Assembly (NCBI GenBank): GCA_030248215.1
Contig: JASANG010003582.1
Location: 1 to 64,000, forward strand
Origin: Enoplolaimus lenunculus
Taxonomy: Eukaryota
Reading direction: 5' to 3'
DNA length: 64,000 nt
The notes under the pieces were generated by a model that was not told where the DNA came from, made no database searches, and saw only the letters and a program-made list of their open reading frames with translations. Shown piece by piece: positions 48,776-63,060 of the stretch. Each line of letters starts with the position of its first letter. The stretch's first letter is position 1. The translations under genes and the position numbers were made by a program.

Positions 48776-51700
48776 GTGCCATAACTGCGGAACAAGTAGA
48801 CACCTCTATTGTTTCTCTAAAAAAGCGAAAAGACACTCTCAAATATTTATGAAATGTAAAAAATCAAATTTAGTTTTTGTTGGCCGATTTCCATTATACT
48901 GCATTTGCACTGCACGCCCCGACATCTGACGGCGCCAACGTACGCTGTGCTATTGCCTTGCAAGCGGTTGTCTTTGAACGATGGAAGGGGTATTGTATTT
49001 TTTACTACGTACAATCTACATGGCATAAAAATAAAAAATATAACGTTAACTTTTTTGTATTTGGCAATTGTACTAGACTGAGTTTTTATATAGCGTTTTA
49101 GCCACACTGCATATTGGATCATTGAGAAGTTGCTTTCAGACAGACCAATAGATGCAGAATACCACAGCCGAACCCGTATGTATTGAAAAAGCCGTTTGCT
49201 AGGCTTTCACTGTTTTGGTAAAACCCACAAAAATGCCGGCCCATGTGAATATCAGGGGAGGAACGTTTTTCTGTGGGTCTGCAATAGAGTAATCTTATGC
49301 TAAGACTAATTTTTGCTTGGATTTAGGTTCAGGTTTAGGCTTAAGCTTAGGCTTAGGAATGAAAATTATTTCTGATAAATGGTACGTAAGGTCTCTACTC
49401 AACAATTGTTCCCTTAGAAAATTTTTGTGTGAAAAAAGATAAATCAATATTTGACTTTTGAGAGCCCAGTCTCCCGTCGTAAAAATCTGGATCCGCGCTG
49501 GGTCCGTATTATATTTAAATGTGCACGACGATATTTAAACTTCATTAAACCACAAGCTGTAAATGTTGGTACAACAAAACCTAAGAGGTAAAGATCATTT
49601 ACGGAGGGGTTTAACATAAACTTACGCAAATAATAAAACTGTTGATTCTTTATACTGAAAATGTTCAAGTTGAAACTGTTCGTTTTTGTCACGCAACCTT
49701 CTAAACGTCGTTTTTAATAATTTCCGCTTCATTTCACTATGTCTCGAAAAAATTCAAAAACATACGCTCGCTTCTTTGCACTATGTTCGACTTCCAAGGG
49801 TTAGTGTTTTGAACGGAAATGATTGAATTTAAACTTGCAACCAAATTGCGCAAGATATAAGTTCGTATTAGGTTTTAGGTATGTTTTTAAACACAAAAAC
49901 CAAATCTCCATAAACACCGCGCTTCGATACAGCGCCCGTTTTCAAGCAAATAATATTCCCATACTACCAAACATTTTGAATGCTGACATTCAGCAAATAT
50001 CAAAGAGTAAAACGCAGAAGATATATGTGGGTCCGCTATATATTATTTTAATTTTAATGCCAACTGAACAAATTTCTTGTGTGTTTATGCTCGGCAACGA
50101 AGCAGCAAATTAATTTTTTAAGACTTTCAACCATCAACGGTGCATATGTGTAAAGTAGTGTAGCCTATACAGCGATAAATCTAAAAGCGTGTAAAGGTAA
50201 TAGTTTGGGTGTTTGCGCGACAGTGTTTTGGGTGTCGCCGGTTGTGTATCCGGTCATGAAAACATTCTGTTTGCCAAATTAGGGCGTCGGACGGAAACGG
50301 ACTAAATTTAAAAGTCTAACGCGACTATGACGATTTTAGTTAGCGGCCAGTAGTTCAACGAAACAATTAAATGATTTTTAAAATGCTGAAAATGTCATTA
50401 AAATTGTGATTTTTTCACGTATTCGGATTTTGCATTTCGAATATTTTAAAATATGTAATATTTAGCAAAATGTCTGACGCGAAAAATTAGTTAACCTGAA
50501 ACAATAGGTATGCTTGGATGTGGAAACAAAACTTTCAAACATTTTTTATGAGACAGTTTTAAAAAAGTTTCGCAGCTATTGTTTGCGGGCCTGAACGTAG
50601 CCGTAGGGAGAGCAGGAGGCTCAGCTCTCCTCCTGCAAAAATTTTGTCCCCTAGAAAATTTTCTTTCTTGCTTTTTAGCTATTGAACCCTTTTTATACAT
50701 ATACCACTTCTGAAAATTTTTTTGTCCCCTCTAGCAAGGTGAACTGGCTACATGGGCCTGGTTCTTTGATACATAAGTTTGTCGCGTATATAAAGCTTAT
50801 ATACAATTCAAATGATCGGGTGCGATGTTGTAGCTATTTTTATATTCGACTACGCACTCTTGCGTTTGCTTTTTAAGCTGCTTGAGGTTGTTTAATATTC
50901 GGATGCATATACTCGGTCGATGGTTTACTAGTAGCGTTCTGTTCGGCCTCTGTTTGACTCTTCTTTAGCGTTATACTGCAAGAGTTTGCAAGAATGCAGA
51001 AGTAGCTACGGGTTTTGGGTAGGCACTCACAACTGGGCAAGGGGGCGGTCGTAGGCAACCATCGGCTAGCCTTTCGTAGAGAAAACAACACGTGAGCTTT
51101 ACGCGCCCCGGTTTTAGATTCTTCTCTCTATGTAGCTAAGACTCCGTCTTTCTCGCTCTCTTGTTTTTGTCACTTGCTCAAATTCCGTTGGGTCGTTTTT
51201 GTCTACCACAATCAAGGGCGTCGCCAAGATTTCATTTTGCGAAGGGCATAATTTCATGTTAAACTGAAAATATTTTTTACTTTTTCAAACCAGAAGGTTA
51301 TTCTAACGCCTGTTAAAAGTGTTTTTGTCTCTCACAAAATTTCTAAGGGATTTACACGCTAGCCACCCTCTTGTATATACGCTCTCTTTATCCGACAACA
51401 ACAGTGTCTGGGCTTTTTATATATATACTTTTACACAGCCTTTAACTTTAATATTTTTGTGTATGTGTGTGTGAAAGAGACCTATTGTTTTGCTTGTCAG
51501 TTGCTGGTTTATTTATTGCTCGCTGCCGCCGGCAGCTATACGATAGATTGGGTTTTCACAGTGAGGGGCGCCGGTGGCCAGTTTCAGGTCTTTAAAACAC
51601 TCATATTTTTATTCGACAACCTAGTCGTGTTTGAGTTGTGCTTACATGCGGCTTGTGCTGTGCGCTAGTTTTCGAATTTGAGATATGATCCTTCCCAATG

Positions 51701-53150
51701 TTTGGCTAACGAATAGCGAAAAAATTGACACGTTGGTGCTCTTGCACTGTGATGCAAAACTGATCTAACAGTTTGTGGCTTCTACCAAACTTAATACCCA
51801 AATTGAACGGGTTTATATTTAATTCTAAGCGTTTCCGGCCACTTTTAGCACCGTAACAGCAGATTAAACATATTCCTCAGCATACGTTGAAAAAAGTGTA
51901 TATTCCTAAGCATAATCGTCAGCCAAAAGCCAAAAATGCTGTTTAGAATCTAAAGCCTGCTAGTTTACAGACCCACAAGGCCCTAAACCTAACATGAGCC
52001 ATGTTTCCAACAAAATGTTTTTCACAAAATTGTGTATTTTCAGTTGAAAACGATTCGAATAAACATTAAATGTGTACTTTTTAACAAATAAACAAGTAAA
52101 ACTCTATAACATTTTTTATTGGCTCAGTTTTTTGTGTTTTGAAATTGAAAAAGTATTTAACGGAAACATTATTGAATAAAATTTTATAAAAATACTGGCT
52201 TGATTATTACCGCTATTATGCTGCTAATTGTAGACAAAACTGTATCTTTCCTATTTTAAAATGGCATGGTTTTAAATGTTTTGCAGTGAAATTTGCTTTG
52301 TGCATTTCAAGGTATGTTGAGAAATCTTTAACGAGCAAATCTATAAGTAATCTATTAAATTTTAGTGCCATGGTAAATGCTAACAGGCAGTCAGGATTTT
52401 TTTGGTTTTGGGAAGGGCTACAATAAATGTGTAAATTGTTTTATAGTTTTTCTCACCTTGCTAGGGGGGCTGAAAACTTTACTGGAGTGGTATTCAAGTG
52501 TTCTCGAACACTTGCAAGCAAACAAGGAGGGGTCGTCCAACAAAACAACGCCCGGTGGTACATTTTGTTCCATGCGGAATACCAAGAGTTGCACACTCTT
52601 GTATTGTGAACTCTTGGTAGCATGAATTTATTGTTTATTTTGATTTGCTTTAATATTTAAAAAGTTCTTAATAATTTTGTTTTTGTTACTGTTGTATTAC
52701 AATAATTATTATTATTCTTATTATAATTATTAGTATTATATTATTTTTTTACAATTAGTGTTGTTTATTAAACTCTACATCTGTTTTCAATAACAAGTTT
52801 CTAATTAATTTTGTGTTTCAAAATTAATTATTAAACCCGCAATAATATTGAATACCAACAGTGTACACAGGGGGTACACAGACTGTTTGTATACCCCTGT
52901 GAATTGCTAGAGTGATAAAAAATAGGTACTTGGGTCATTTTTACAACTCAGGGTTTAATCTCGCTTATTTGGTCCGTTAGAAAGTTGGTCTTTCGCCTAA
53001 GTTATGTCCTTTTTGAATCCTGACAGTGCCATCGTTCTAAGCTTCAGTTATAATAGATCTCCATTGAAAAGTATATATTTTAATAGCTTCTATAAGCTTA
53101 AATTCATCTTTATGTTGGCTTTACGCTTGTCACCAACCATTGAGACCGTA

Positions 53151-53290
53151 CACTGTAAAAAACAATGAGTCGAATTGACTTTCTCCGACATAGTCGCACG
53201 TTTGATTCTGGCCTAGTCGAATTTGACTCAGTTTTTGTAGTCTCGCAAATCCTATTTCGGCTAGAGTCAATTTAACTCAGCATTTTTGTA
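53151..53290. mobile_element. CACTG MITE copy
   Basis: cactgtaaaaaacaatgagtcgaattgact ... gagtcaatttaactcagcattttt. Confidence 0.65.
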
Positions 53291-54183
53291 ACATTTGAGG
53301 ATCGTTTGTGAACGATTATTTATGGCTTTTAACGCCGAAACAATAATTTTTAATATATAATATTCATAGTTGCTATTATATTAGCGCTGCCTACATTCAG
53401 GGCGGGAGCACCTGCAGAGCTGTTATTATGTCTGCATGTCAACCCTCGCATGTATTTCCGGTATATATACCGGTCGATTGGAAACGTATTGCGATCACTG
53501 TCGGTAGGTGTTTATAAAGGGTCAATGTTACTTTTAGGGCCGTAACAGTAGATTATATATAATTGTACCTAAGCTTAAACTTTGAAAAAGGTTAAGGTAC
53601 AACCCAAAGCCTCCGCATAAGCGTAAGCAAGCAATGTCTAAAATCTAATTCGGCTCTATTACAGTCCCATCAGAAGCCGAGACGGCCCAAAAAGTAACAC
53701 AGATAAAAAGTTGAAATGGATTATGAATTGTATTTTGTATTTCAGTACCCTTGCGTAGGTTCTTGTACGTTTTACCGTCATTAGTGTAAAGGCTTATTAG
53801 CTTTGCGTAGGTAAGGGAGACAAAGTTTGGGTTTAGGCTGATACAATGGTGTATATTCGTAAGTACGTACTATTTCAGAATTGTAAAGCCTGACGAAACC
53901 TAAACCTGGGCCTAAGCCTAAGTCTATGGTGTAAAAGAAGAGCCCATTGTAATTATAGGGGACTGTCCACTGGAAACACAACAACATTGGTACTTTAGAG
54001 TCCGAAAAATTAATACTTAGGCTAAGGTTACGCTTAATGCTTAAGCTTAAAATTTAAGATTTAATTATATAGGCTTAGGCTGATGCTTAAACATGGCAGG
54101 CACCTATAGTTAACATTGGCCAGGGAAACGTACATACAAGAGACCCGATTAATTTAAAATGAGTCGTATATACGCATATATAC

Positions 54184-54233
<50 letters not shown>

Positions 54234-54261
54234 GTATAATATATATAATATATATACATAT

Positions 54262-54670
54262 CAGGGTGCAACCGGAATTCCGGTTCCGGTTCCGGCATTT
54301 TTTCACCTTCCGGTTCCGGTTCCGGTTCCGGTAAATTTTTACCGGATTTAAAAATTCCGGTGTTATAATTTGGCCGTTTTTTTAACTTTGTTAATCTTTA
54401 AGAATCTCTTTAGAAAGCCACTTGTATTCCGAATATAAGCCATTGATGGTGGATTTCACTTCAGTCGACGACGAAAATCTAAAATACAACAAATAAAATA
54501 AATATCTATGTTCGACTAAGGTTATTTCACAAATAATAGAGCAAAAAATAAGATTAAAACGAAATTTTTGGTGAAATGCATTTTTCACTTTCCGGTTCCG
54601 GTTCCGGTTCCGGTAAAATTTTCAAATTCCGGTTCCGGTTCCGGTAAATTGTAATTCCGGTTGCACCCTG
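54262..54670. mobile_element. CAGGG hAT-type MITE, longer version of 33844-34165
   Basis: Perfect TIRs, (TTCCGG)n subterminal repeats, inserted beside (TA)n at 54185-54230. Confidence 0.9.
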
Positions 54671-56496
54671 ATATATATAATATATATATTATATACTTTA
54701 ACAAGGCGGCATCACAGTCTACCAGAAAACCGACCCTGCCGTATATGTTATTTTTATTAGGGATGTGCCGATTAATCAGCATCGGCATCGGCAAAAATTT
54801 TGGTATCGGCACATCGCTATTTTTTATTTTCCCACGGTTTGCTCTACGCATACGCACACAATAGAGTGTTTATTTTCTCAAGTTACAGACCATATACGTA
54901 ATAACGTATATCGTAGATCATGATGACAGTTACTTTTCTGTACGTACCGTAGCGACGTGAAAAAGAGGGTGTGGGCTAATAAGAGTGGTGTCCCCAATTT
55001 GAGTCCCAATCAATAGGAGTCCGCATCTCTAAGAAGCGTCCGTAAGCAAATAGAATCCTTATATCCTTAGAGTGCATAAATTCCAATTATTCCTAATTGT
55101 AGCGCATAAATGATCCCAGTACCAAATATTTGACTTCGAAACTTTTAAGCGTAGTTAAATTTTGAAAGTGCATTCCTAAGTATAACCTTGCATGATCGCT
55201 CAAGCTATTGACATAAGACTAAACGTTTAAGTCAACGGATAGTCACAGTACCGGATGAAATATATCAGTAACGAAGGGTGATGTAACGTGGATTAAAAAT
55301 AATTAGCAGTCTATAACCGAATAACAGGGGATCCCTCTGAAGAGGCCAAATAAATATTGGTTCCATCTCTTATTCGGGTCACTACAGTACGTGTTACATG
55401 GCCCGATTGGTATCGGCTCCTGGCCGGTGCCGGAGCTTTGCGCCACGGCTACGGGGCAACTAGTACGTACGCACGCGTATATACGTCCTTTGCATATTAC
55501 GTATATATACGTACGTTGTCGTCAGTCGGTAGAAACAGTGGCATTGCCTGAAGGAGACATTTCTGTCTTTTAAATGCCTTTAATTTTAGGGCTAAAATTC
55601 GATTCTGTAAATTTTTAGCGATATTAAATAGCATAAAGCTTGGCTGTTGTAATTACACTTCCCCATAAAAAATTAAGGCTTAGACTAAGACTTAAAGCTC
55701 TGCATGGCTTACGCTCGGGCCCAAAGCCAGAGGGCGGGCTCAACCTCCTGGACAAAAATTGGATGTTGAGAAAATCTTTAACACGTTACTTGTGAGTCAT
55801 CGAAAACCCATGTATGCCTCTCGTGAAAAAATTTTATCCCCCTAGCAAGGTGAGCTGGCTATGGGTCTGCTTAGGATTAGGAAACATCTCGAGCAAAGTT
55901 TTAAACCTAAGGCTTATGAAAGTTTTTTCTAGACCTAAGTCTGAGCCTAACCCTAAGACAGAAGATATGTTTCTAATGACCTCGGGCACCGTACATTCCT
56001 GCCCGGTGCTGTTTGCCACCGTATCATAATTCGCGTTTATTTCCACGTCAGACAGCAAATCAATTTGTAAACAAAAGGTTTTTTGACGTGCCGCGCCGCC
56101 CTGCGCCGGACGACGAACATAGCGCCACCCCTTAACTAAACATTAATTTTGGCTATATTTCCGATCATTTTTGTTCCAGGTCAAAGAATTTTGCAGTTAT
56201 TAATATCATTGAATCTGTCAGTTGATTCGTGTTCAAAATTTCAAACAATGTAAGTTTAAATGTTATTGGCCGTCATACGTATATATTGCTTTAGTTACGT
56301 ATTTAATAGTCATGCAAATTCACCAGTAGGAGACGAGTATTCAGTTTTTTAAATTGGACATTTGCACCCAAAGCGTAGGCCTAAACGCAAACGCTAAATC
56401 CAACCAAACAAAACTTTTTCGCGATGTACACGTATATAGAGGGATAGAACCAAATTTTTCCAAAAGCGCGGCCGAAGTCACACTTAAGAATTTAAC

Positions 56497-57150
56497 ATTT
56501 TATTGAGCAAAGCGAAACTCCGATCGAAGCTCGAAGTTTCACGAAGCGTTTTATGTTTTATACTTTGGGGTGATGTCCGTCCGTCCGTCTGACAGTCTGT
56601 TCGTCCGAAAAGAATCTCAGGAACGGCTGAGCCAATTTTAATAACTTTTTGTTTGAAAGCCAATTATCCTGGGGGTGTTAACCTCGCATTGGGGTATTGA
56701 AATTTTGAGCCGTTTATTAGCTACAGGCTAATGTTCATCATTAATTAAGAATAAATTAGGACTTTCTACTATATTTCAGTATTTTTTATTAGTTACAAGC
56801 AATCGAATTTCAGCATTAAAAGGTTTTTGAGTGCGAGGAATCTGCATAGACTGTTTAATTCAAATCTCCAAAACCGATAATTGAGTAGTTAGCTACTAAA
56901 TACTTTGCATATTAGCATAGTTTATAAGCCTAAAATAGGACTTTTTACAATATTTCACTAATTATTAGGGATACAAGCAATTTAATTTCAGCAATAATGG
57001 GTTTTCGAGTGCGAGAAATCTGAATAAATTGTCTACAAAGTTTCAAAACCAATTATCTAATAGTTAGAGCTAATTTTCATAATACTTTAAAATAGCTTAC
57101 GTGTGCTCGAGCTTCGCTCAATACATGTATATAGTCCCACTACGACTGGT
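56497..57150. mobile_element. DINE-1/HINE-like (Helentron-associated) non-autonomous element, intronic
   Basis: T-rich start, subterminal IR attgagc(a/g)aagc / gcttcgctcaat, (GTCC)n microsatellite then atctcaggaacggctgagccaatttt, two ~179-bp internal tandem units. Confidence 0.7.
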
Positions 57151-57182
57151 AATAGGTATGTATATATCATACTTTGGTTTAG

Positions 57183-57329
57183 GGACAATTCATTCGGATA
57201 CGCTTCAGACGGCGAGTCATCGGTTTTACCACAGTCTACGCCCGATACGAGTAGTGATCGACCGTCATCAGTGAGCCTGATGTCTACCGATTCATCTTCC
57301 GATTTCTCACAGTCAAATCCAAGGAACAG
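57183..57329 (+). CDS. Ser-rich coding exon of unidentified host gene
   Basis: tttggtttag acceptor, gtacgt donor, 147 nt; DNSFGYASDGESSVLPQSTPDTSSDRPSSVSLMSTDSSSDFSQSNPRN. Confidence 0.7.
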
Positions 57330-58104
57330 GTACGTGACATATTTCAAACTGATTCGTCTATGTTTTATACATTAATTTGCGCTGTTCGTTCGATATGGTT
57401 CACGGGCCAATGTACAGATAGAACAGGGACGTATATACTCCGAATTCTAAGCCTAATCCTAAGTGTAGGAGGATTGAGCTTTTACCTAAGCCTAAGCTTA
57501 AGTTTAAGCAAAAAATAATCTAACCCCTGATCCTTACAATTGAAACGCATCGCCGCGGTATTTCGCATTCAAAAACACGTCTCGCCCGGCAACTTGTTAT
57601 CCGAAATTTCATCGACTCGACAATTAACCGCCCATCTTTAATATGGGCCAATGTTACTTTGACCATGGGCCAATGTTACTTTAAGGGGCGTAACAGTAGA
57701 TTAAGCGTATTCCTAAGCTAATGCCTAAACTAAGCGTTGCAAAAAAGTGTTCCTAAGCCTAAACCTAAGCCTGACATACACTGTGAGCAGTGTTTAACAT
57801 TTATAACATATATGCGCAGTGCAAAATCTCCACAAGACGTGAGAGCCTACTCGGGCTCGAGCATCAAGCTCCTATAGCTCAGTGGTCATCGTAAACAAAC
57901 TTCCCCCACCAGGGAAACAGGGGATCGAACAGTAGATTAAGCGTATTCCTAAGCTAATGCCTAAACCTAAGCGTTGCAAAAAAGTGTTCCTAAGCCTAAA
58001 CCTAAGCCTAACATACACTGTGAGCAGTGTTTAACATTTATAACATATATGCGCAGTGCAAAATCTCCACAAGACGTGAGAGCCTACTCGGGCTCGAGCA
58101 TCAA

Positions 58105-58165
58105 GCTCCTATAGCTCAGTGGTCATCGTAAACTTCCCCCACCAGGGAAACAGGGGATCGAATCT
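58105..58165 (+). mobile_element. tRNA-derived SINE-like head within the 993-bp unit (also ~57868, 59098, 60091, 61083)
   Basis: A-box-like tagctcagtgg and B-box-like ggatcgaatc; no complete cloverleaf. Confidence 0.5.
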
Positions 58166-58348
58166 TACCTTGAAATTACATCTCATGAAATTGAAAATAT
58201 TCATGGGAGCAAGTATGTTAAAACACTTAAGATTTGTCCTGACATAAATTTTAGCTTTTAGTACTTATGTCTGAGACCCTACCAGTTCCATGTGCGCATA
58301 GCTACGACTTAAGTCGTAAATTGATTCCTTAATTAAAAGGTCGACTCA

Positions 58349-58554
58349 CACTGCAAAAAAATGGTGAGTCAAATTGACTATCTCCGAAATAGACTCTATG
58401 GGACTACGCAAACTGAGTCAAATTCGATTCCGCCAGAGTCAAGCATGTGCCACAGTGAGTTTTGACTTTGGCTGAGTCGAATTTGATTCATTTTGTGCAG
58501 TCCCGTAGAGCCTGTTTCGGAGACAGTCAATTTGACTCACCATTTGTTGCCGTG
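58349..58554. mobile_element. CACTG MITE, full palindromic copy inside 993-bp unit (repeated at +993 and +1986)
   Basis: cactgcaaaaaaatggtgagtcaaattgact ... agtcaatttgactcaccatttgttgccgtg, flanked by CA/CA 2-bp duplication. Confidence 0.8.
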
Positions 58555-61242
58555 CATTTCTCTGCAACCCAGCCATTGTTTACTTCATTTAGTATTTAGC
58601 GGGGTGTACTTGTTATACCTGAGACAAATAAATGTTCAGGATACGACATATGTGATTCGTGCCGAGTATCTGATATTTATCTTATCTTGTAGTGTAGGAG
58701 GAATGAGCATTTACCTAAGCCTAAGCTTAAGTTTAAGCAAAAAATAATCTAACCCCTGATCCTTACAATTGAAACGTATCGCCGCGGTATTTCGCATTGA
58801 AAAACACGTCTCGCCCGGCAACTTATTATCCGAAATTTCATCGACTCGACAATTAACCGCCCATCTTTAATATGGGCCAATGTTACTTTGACCATGGGCC
58901 AATGTTACTTTAAAGGGCGTAACAGTAGATTAAGCGTATTCCTAAGCTAATGCCTAAACCTAAGCGTTGCAAAAAAGTGTTCCTAAGCCTAAACCTAAGC
59001 CTAACATACACTGTGAGCAGTGTTTAACATTTATAACATATATGCGCAGTGCAAAATCTCCACAAGACGTGAGAGCCTACTCGGGCTCGAGCATCAAGCT
59101 CCTATAGCTCAGTGGTCATCGTAAACTTCCCCCACCAGGGAAACAGGGGATCGAATCTTACCTTGAAATTACATCTCATGAAATTGAAAATATTCATGGG
59201 AGAAAGTATGTTAAAACACTTAAGATTTGCCCTGACATAAATTTCAGCTTTTAGTACTTATGTCTGAGACCCTACCAATTCCATGTGCGCATAGCTACGA
59301 CTTAAGTCGTAAATTGATTCCTTAATTAAAAGGTCGACTCACACTGCAAAAAAATGGTGAGTCAAATTGACTATCTCCGAAATAGACTCTATGGGACTAC
59401 GCAAACTGAGTCAAATTCGATTCCGCCAGAGTCAAGCATGTGCCACAGTGAGTTTTGACTTTGGCTGAGTCGAATTTGATTCATTTTGTGCAGTCCCGTA
59501 GTGCCTGTTTCGGAGACAGTCAATTTGACTCACCATTTTTTGCCGTGCATTTCTCTGCAACCCAGCCATTGTTTACTTCATTTAGTATTTAGCGGGGTGT
59601 ACTTGTTATACCTGAGACAAATAAATGTTCAGGATACGACATATGTGATTCGTGCCGAGTATCTGATATTTATCTTATCTTGTAGTGTAGGAGGAATGAG
59701 CTTTTACCTAAGCCTAAGCTTAAGTTTAAGCAAAAAATAATCTAACCCCTGATCCTTACAATTGAAACGTATCGCCGCGGCATTCCGCATTGAAAAACAC
59801 GTCTCGCCCGGCAACCTATTATCCGAAATTTCATCGACTCGACAATTAACCGCCCATCTTCAATATGGACCAATGTTACTTTGACCATGGGCCAATGTTA
59901 CTTTAAGGGGCGTAACAGTAGATTAAGCAAATTCATAAGCTAATGCCTAAACCTAAGCGTTGCAAAAAAGTGTTCCTAAGCCTAAACCTAAGCCTAACAT
60001 ACACTGTGAGCAGTGTTTAACATTTATAACATATATGCGCAGTGCAAAATCTCCACAAGACGTGAGAGCCTACTCGGGCTCGAGCATCAAGCTCCTATAG
60101 CTCAGCGGTCATCGTAAACTTCCCCCACCAGGGAAACAGGGGATCGAATCTTACCTTGAAATTACATCTCATGAAATTGAAAATATTCATGGGAGAAAGT
60201 ATGTTAAAACACTTAAGATTTGTCCTGACATAAATTTCAGCTTTTAGTACTTATGTCTGAGACCCTACCAATTCCATGTGCGCATAGCTACGACTTAAGT
60301 CGTAAATTGATTCCTTAATTAAAAGGTCGACTCACACTGCAAAAAAATGGTGAGTCAAATTGACTATCTCCGAAATAGACTCTATGGGACTACGCAAACT
60401 GAGTCAAATTCGATTCCGCCAGAGTCAAACATGTGCCACAGTGAGTTTTGACTTTGGCTGAGTCGAATTTGATTCATTTTGTGCAGTCCCGTAGAGCCTG
60501 TTTCGGAGACAGTCAATTTGACTCACCATTTTTTGCCGTGCATTTCTCTGCAACCCAGCCATTGTTTACTTCATTTAGTATTTAGCGGGGTGTACTTGTT
60601 ATACCTGAGACAAATAAATGTTCAGGATACGACATATGTGATTCGTGCCGAGTACCTGATATTTATCTTATCTTGTAGTGTAGGAGGAATGAGCTTTTAC
60701 CTAAGCCTAAGCTTAAGTTTAAGCAAAAAATAATCTATCCCCTGATCCTTACAATTGAAACGTATCGCCGCGGTATTTCGCATTGAAAAACACGTCTCGC
60801 CCGGCAACCTATTATCCGAAATTTCATCGACTCGACAATTAACCGCCCATCTTTAATATGGGCCAATGTTACTTTGACCATGGGCCAATGTTACTTTAAG
60901 GGGCGTAACAGTAGATTAAGCGTATTCCTAAGCAAATGCCTAAACTAAGCGTTGCAAAAAAGTGTTCCTAAGCTTAAACCTAAGCCTGACATACACTGTG
61001 AGCAGTGTTTAACATTTATAACATATATGCGCAGTGCAAAATCTCCACAAGACGTGAGAGCCTACTCGGGCTCGAGCATCAAGCTCCTATAGCTCAGTGG
61101 TCATCGTAAACTTCCCCCACCAGGGAAACAGGGGATCGAATCTTACCTTGAAATTACATCTCATATGAAATTGAAAATATTCATGGGAGAAAGTATGTTA
61201 AAACACATAAGATTTGTACACTAAAACTTTAATCAGTTTTAG

Positions 61243-61353
61243 ATCTCAGTTATCCACTTGTGTTGAAAATCCTGAAGAGCCTATGTCTGTCGACAATTCT
61301 GATGAAAGCCGTGTATCGTTCATGGACGTTGATACATCCGGTTCAGCTCAAAA
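61243..61353 (+). CDS. Next exon of the Ser-rich host gene
   Basis: ttttag acceptor, gtaagt donor; phase 2 matches 57329; SQLSTCVENPEEPMSVDNSDESRVSFMDVDTSGSAQ. Confidence 0.7.
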
Positions 61354-62451
61354 GTAAGTCAAAGTAGCCTTGTAGGAAACTTATTGTATTTCGTGCGCAA
61401 TACGTGCATGCTTATATTTCCAGTGCTGTCGTTCCTGTATATACGCAAGGAAAACTTGCCGTTTTCACTGACTATTTGTCATTTTCACCATTCTATAAAG
61501 ACAGTTTACGCACAATAAATAACTAATTTTTCTTCTATGCTGCTATTGCTCAATTTCGGTTAAAAATAAGTAACAAAATTCATCCAAACGTTTAAAAGAA
61601 CAAAGATGCAAAACCAAAATGAGTATATAGCACAATTTTATAAAAATATACTACGTATGCAATTGAATTTTTTGAAGCTTTTTAGAATTATTATATATCC
61701 TGCAAGTTTAACACAGGAGCCGGAGCCAAAATTTGTTTTTTGTCAAAGTCTAAGCCGGATATTTTGTGTGATCAAATTCGCTTTCAATGTTTTTGGCCAA
61801 TTTTACTTTTAGTGCAGTAGCAGTTGATTAACGTATTCCTAAGCCTGAGCAAAATAATGTACCTAGTCTAGAATAAAAGCCTACTCTTTTAGAGACCCAC
61901 CAAAAACCGGGACGGCATTTAAACTAAGATGGGCCGTATTTTAGTGAATTTCGGAGAGTCTTAAAAATGGACGCCCCTTAAAGTGGACCAATAGTTTTGT
62001 TCAGAATAGTCTGAAAATTTGCCAGAAAATTTTATTTTAATCATAAATCTGAAATACAAAAGATAGTAGAATTGGAATATATACCAAAGCAAATGCAATC
62101 AGCTCAGTGATTGAAAACGGCTGAACACATACGATTTTATATATATTGCTAACCGCAACAATCTTAAAAGCGCAATTTTTAGAGGAAAACACTTGGATTA
62201 ACTTTGTCTCTTCAATTGGCGTAATGAATTTAAAGAACGGAAATTAGAAATTTTTGCGCCAAAGTAAACCTAAACCAGTCGTTTATTTTTGAGTACAATA
62301 AGTTAGGATAATGAAACAAATTTTTAATACCTACCGAAGATACCGGTAAATTCCGGTGAAAAAACCAAATTTATTACCGGAACGGAACCGGATAGTGAAA
62401 AATACCGGACTTCCTTACCGAAATTAGAATTTTGGTAATACCCTGTGCACA

Positions 62452-62817
62452 TCAGGGTGCAACCGGAGGTGAAAATAGCGGAGCCGAGACCAGAGGTCAA
62501 CAAAATTTGCCGGAGCCGGAGCCGGAGGTGAGGTGAAATTAGGTAGTAACGATGATGGTTAACTAGTTAATTTTAGCCAATACCTGCAATATGTTGTTAA
62601 CTTATTTGGTTTTACGCTAAATTATCTGCGAATGTTCGGAAATTCTTTCCTGAAAATTACGACAAAAGTAAAATTCAAACTGATAAATTTTGGAAAATTA
62701 TATATGCAAAATTTTGCTACCAAAATTTCCCGAACCTCCGGCAAAAATTTTACCGGAGCAAGAGCCTGAGGCCGATTTTCTACCGGAGTCGGAGGCAGAC
62801 CTCTGGTTGTACACTGG
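62452..62817. mobile_element. CAGGG MITE, inverted relative of 44458-44828
   Basis: cagggtgcaaccggagg ... cctctggttgtacactg. Confidence 0.8.
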
Positions 62818-63060
62818 TACACAGAAAAGTCGCGTATATATACTATATGTCATCCCAGATGTTCCAAATTTTAGTTCGATGTTTGCAAGTCAACAGGAAA
62901 ATGTTATCCGTGTTTGCGCGCGAAAAAGATCATACACGATCTGAAACCAATGCATAATATACGTGTATTTGAATACGTTTTTTAGTCATATGATTTTAGT
63001 GTTTACTTGTTTTAGTGTTATGATGTGCCGTACATATCTTTGATTTGATTGTCTCTTTGT

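Larger units (their letters stand above)
57462..61217. repeat. 993-bp composite tandem repeat, ~3.5-4 units, intronic
   Basis: agtgtaggagga at 57462, 58691, 59684, 60677 (1229, 993, 993 spacing; first unit has an extra ~236-bp internal duplication). Confidence 0.97.

Noticed and set aside
58105..58165. Functional tRNA gene
   Set aside because: A/B-box-like motifs only; acceptor and anticodon stems are not formed
58493..60733. Three 84-aa ORFs as a gene family
   Set aside because: Products of the 993-bp repeat overlapping MITE sequence; TTG starts, no domain signal
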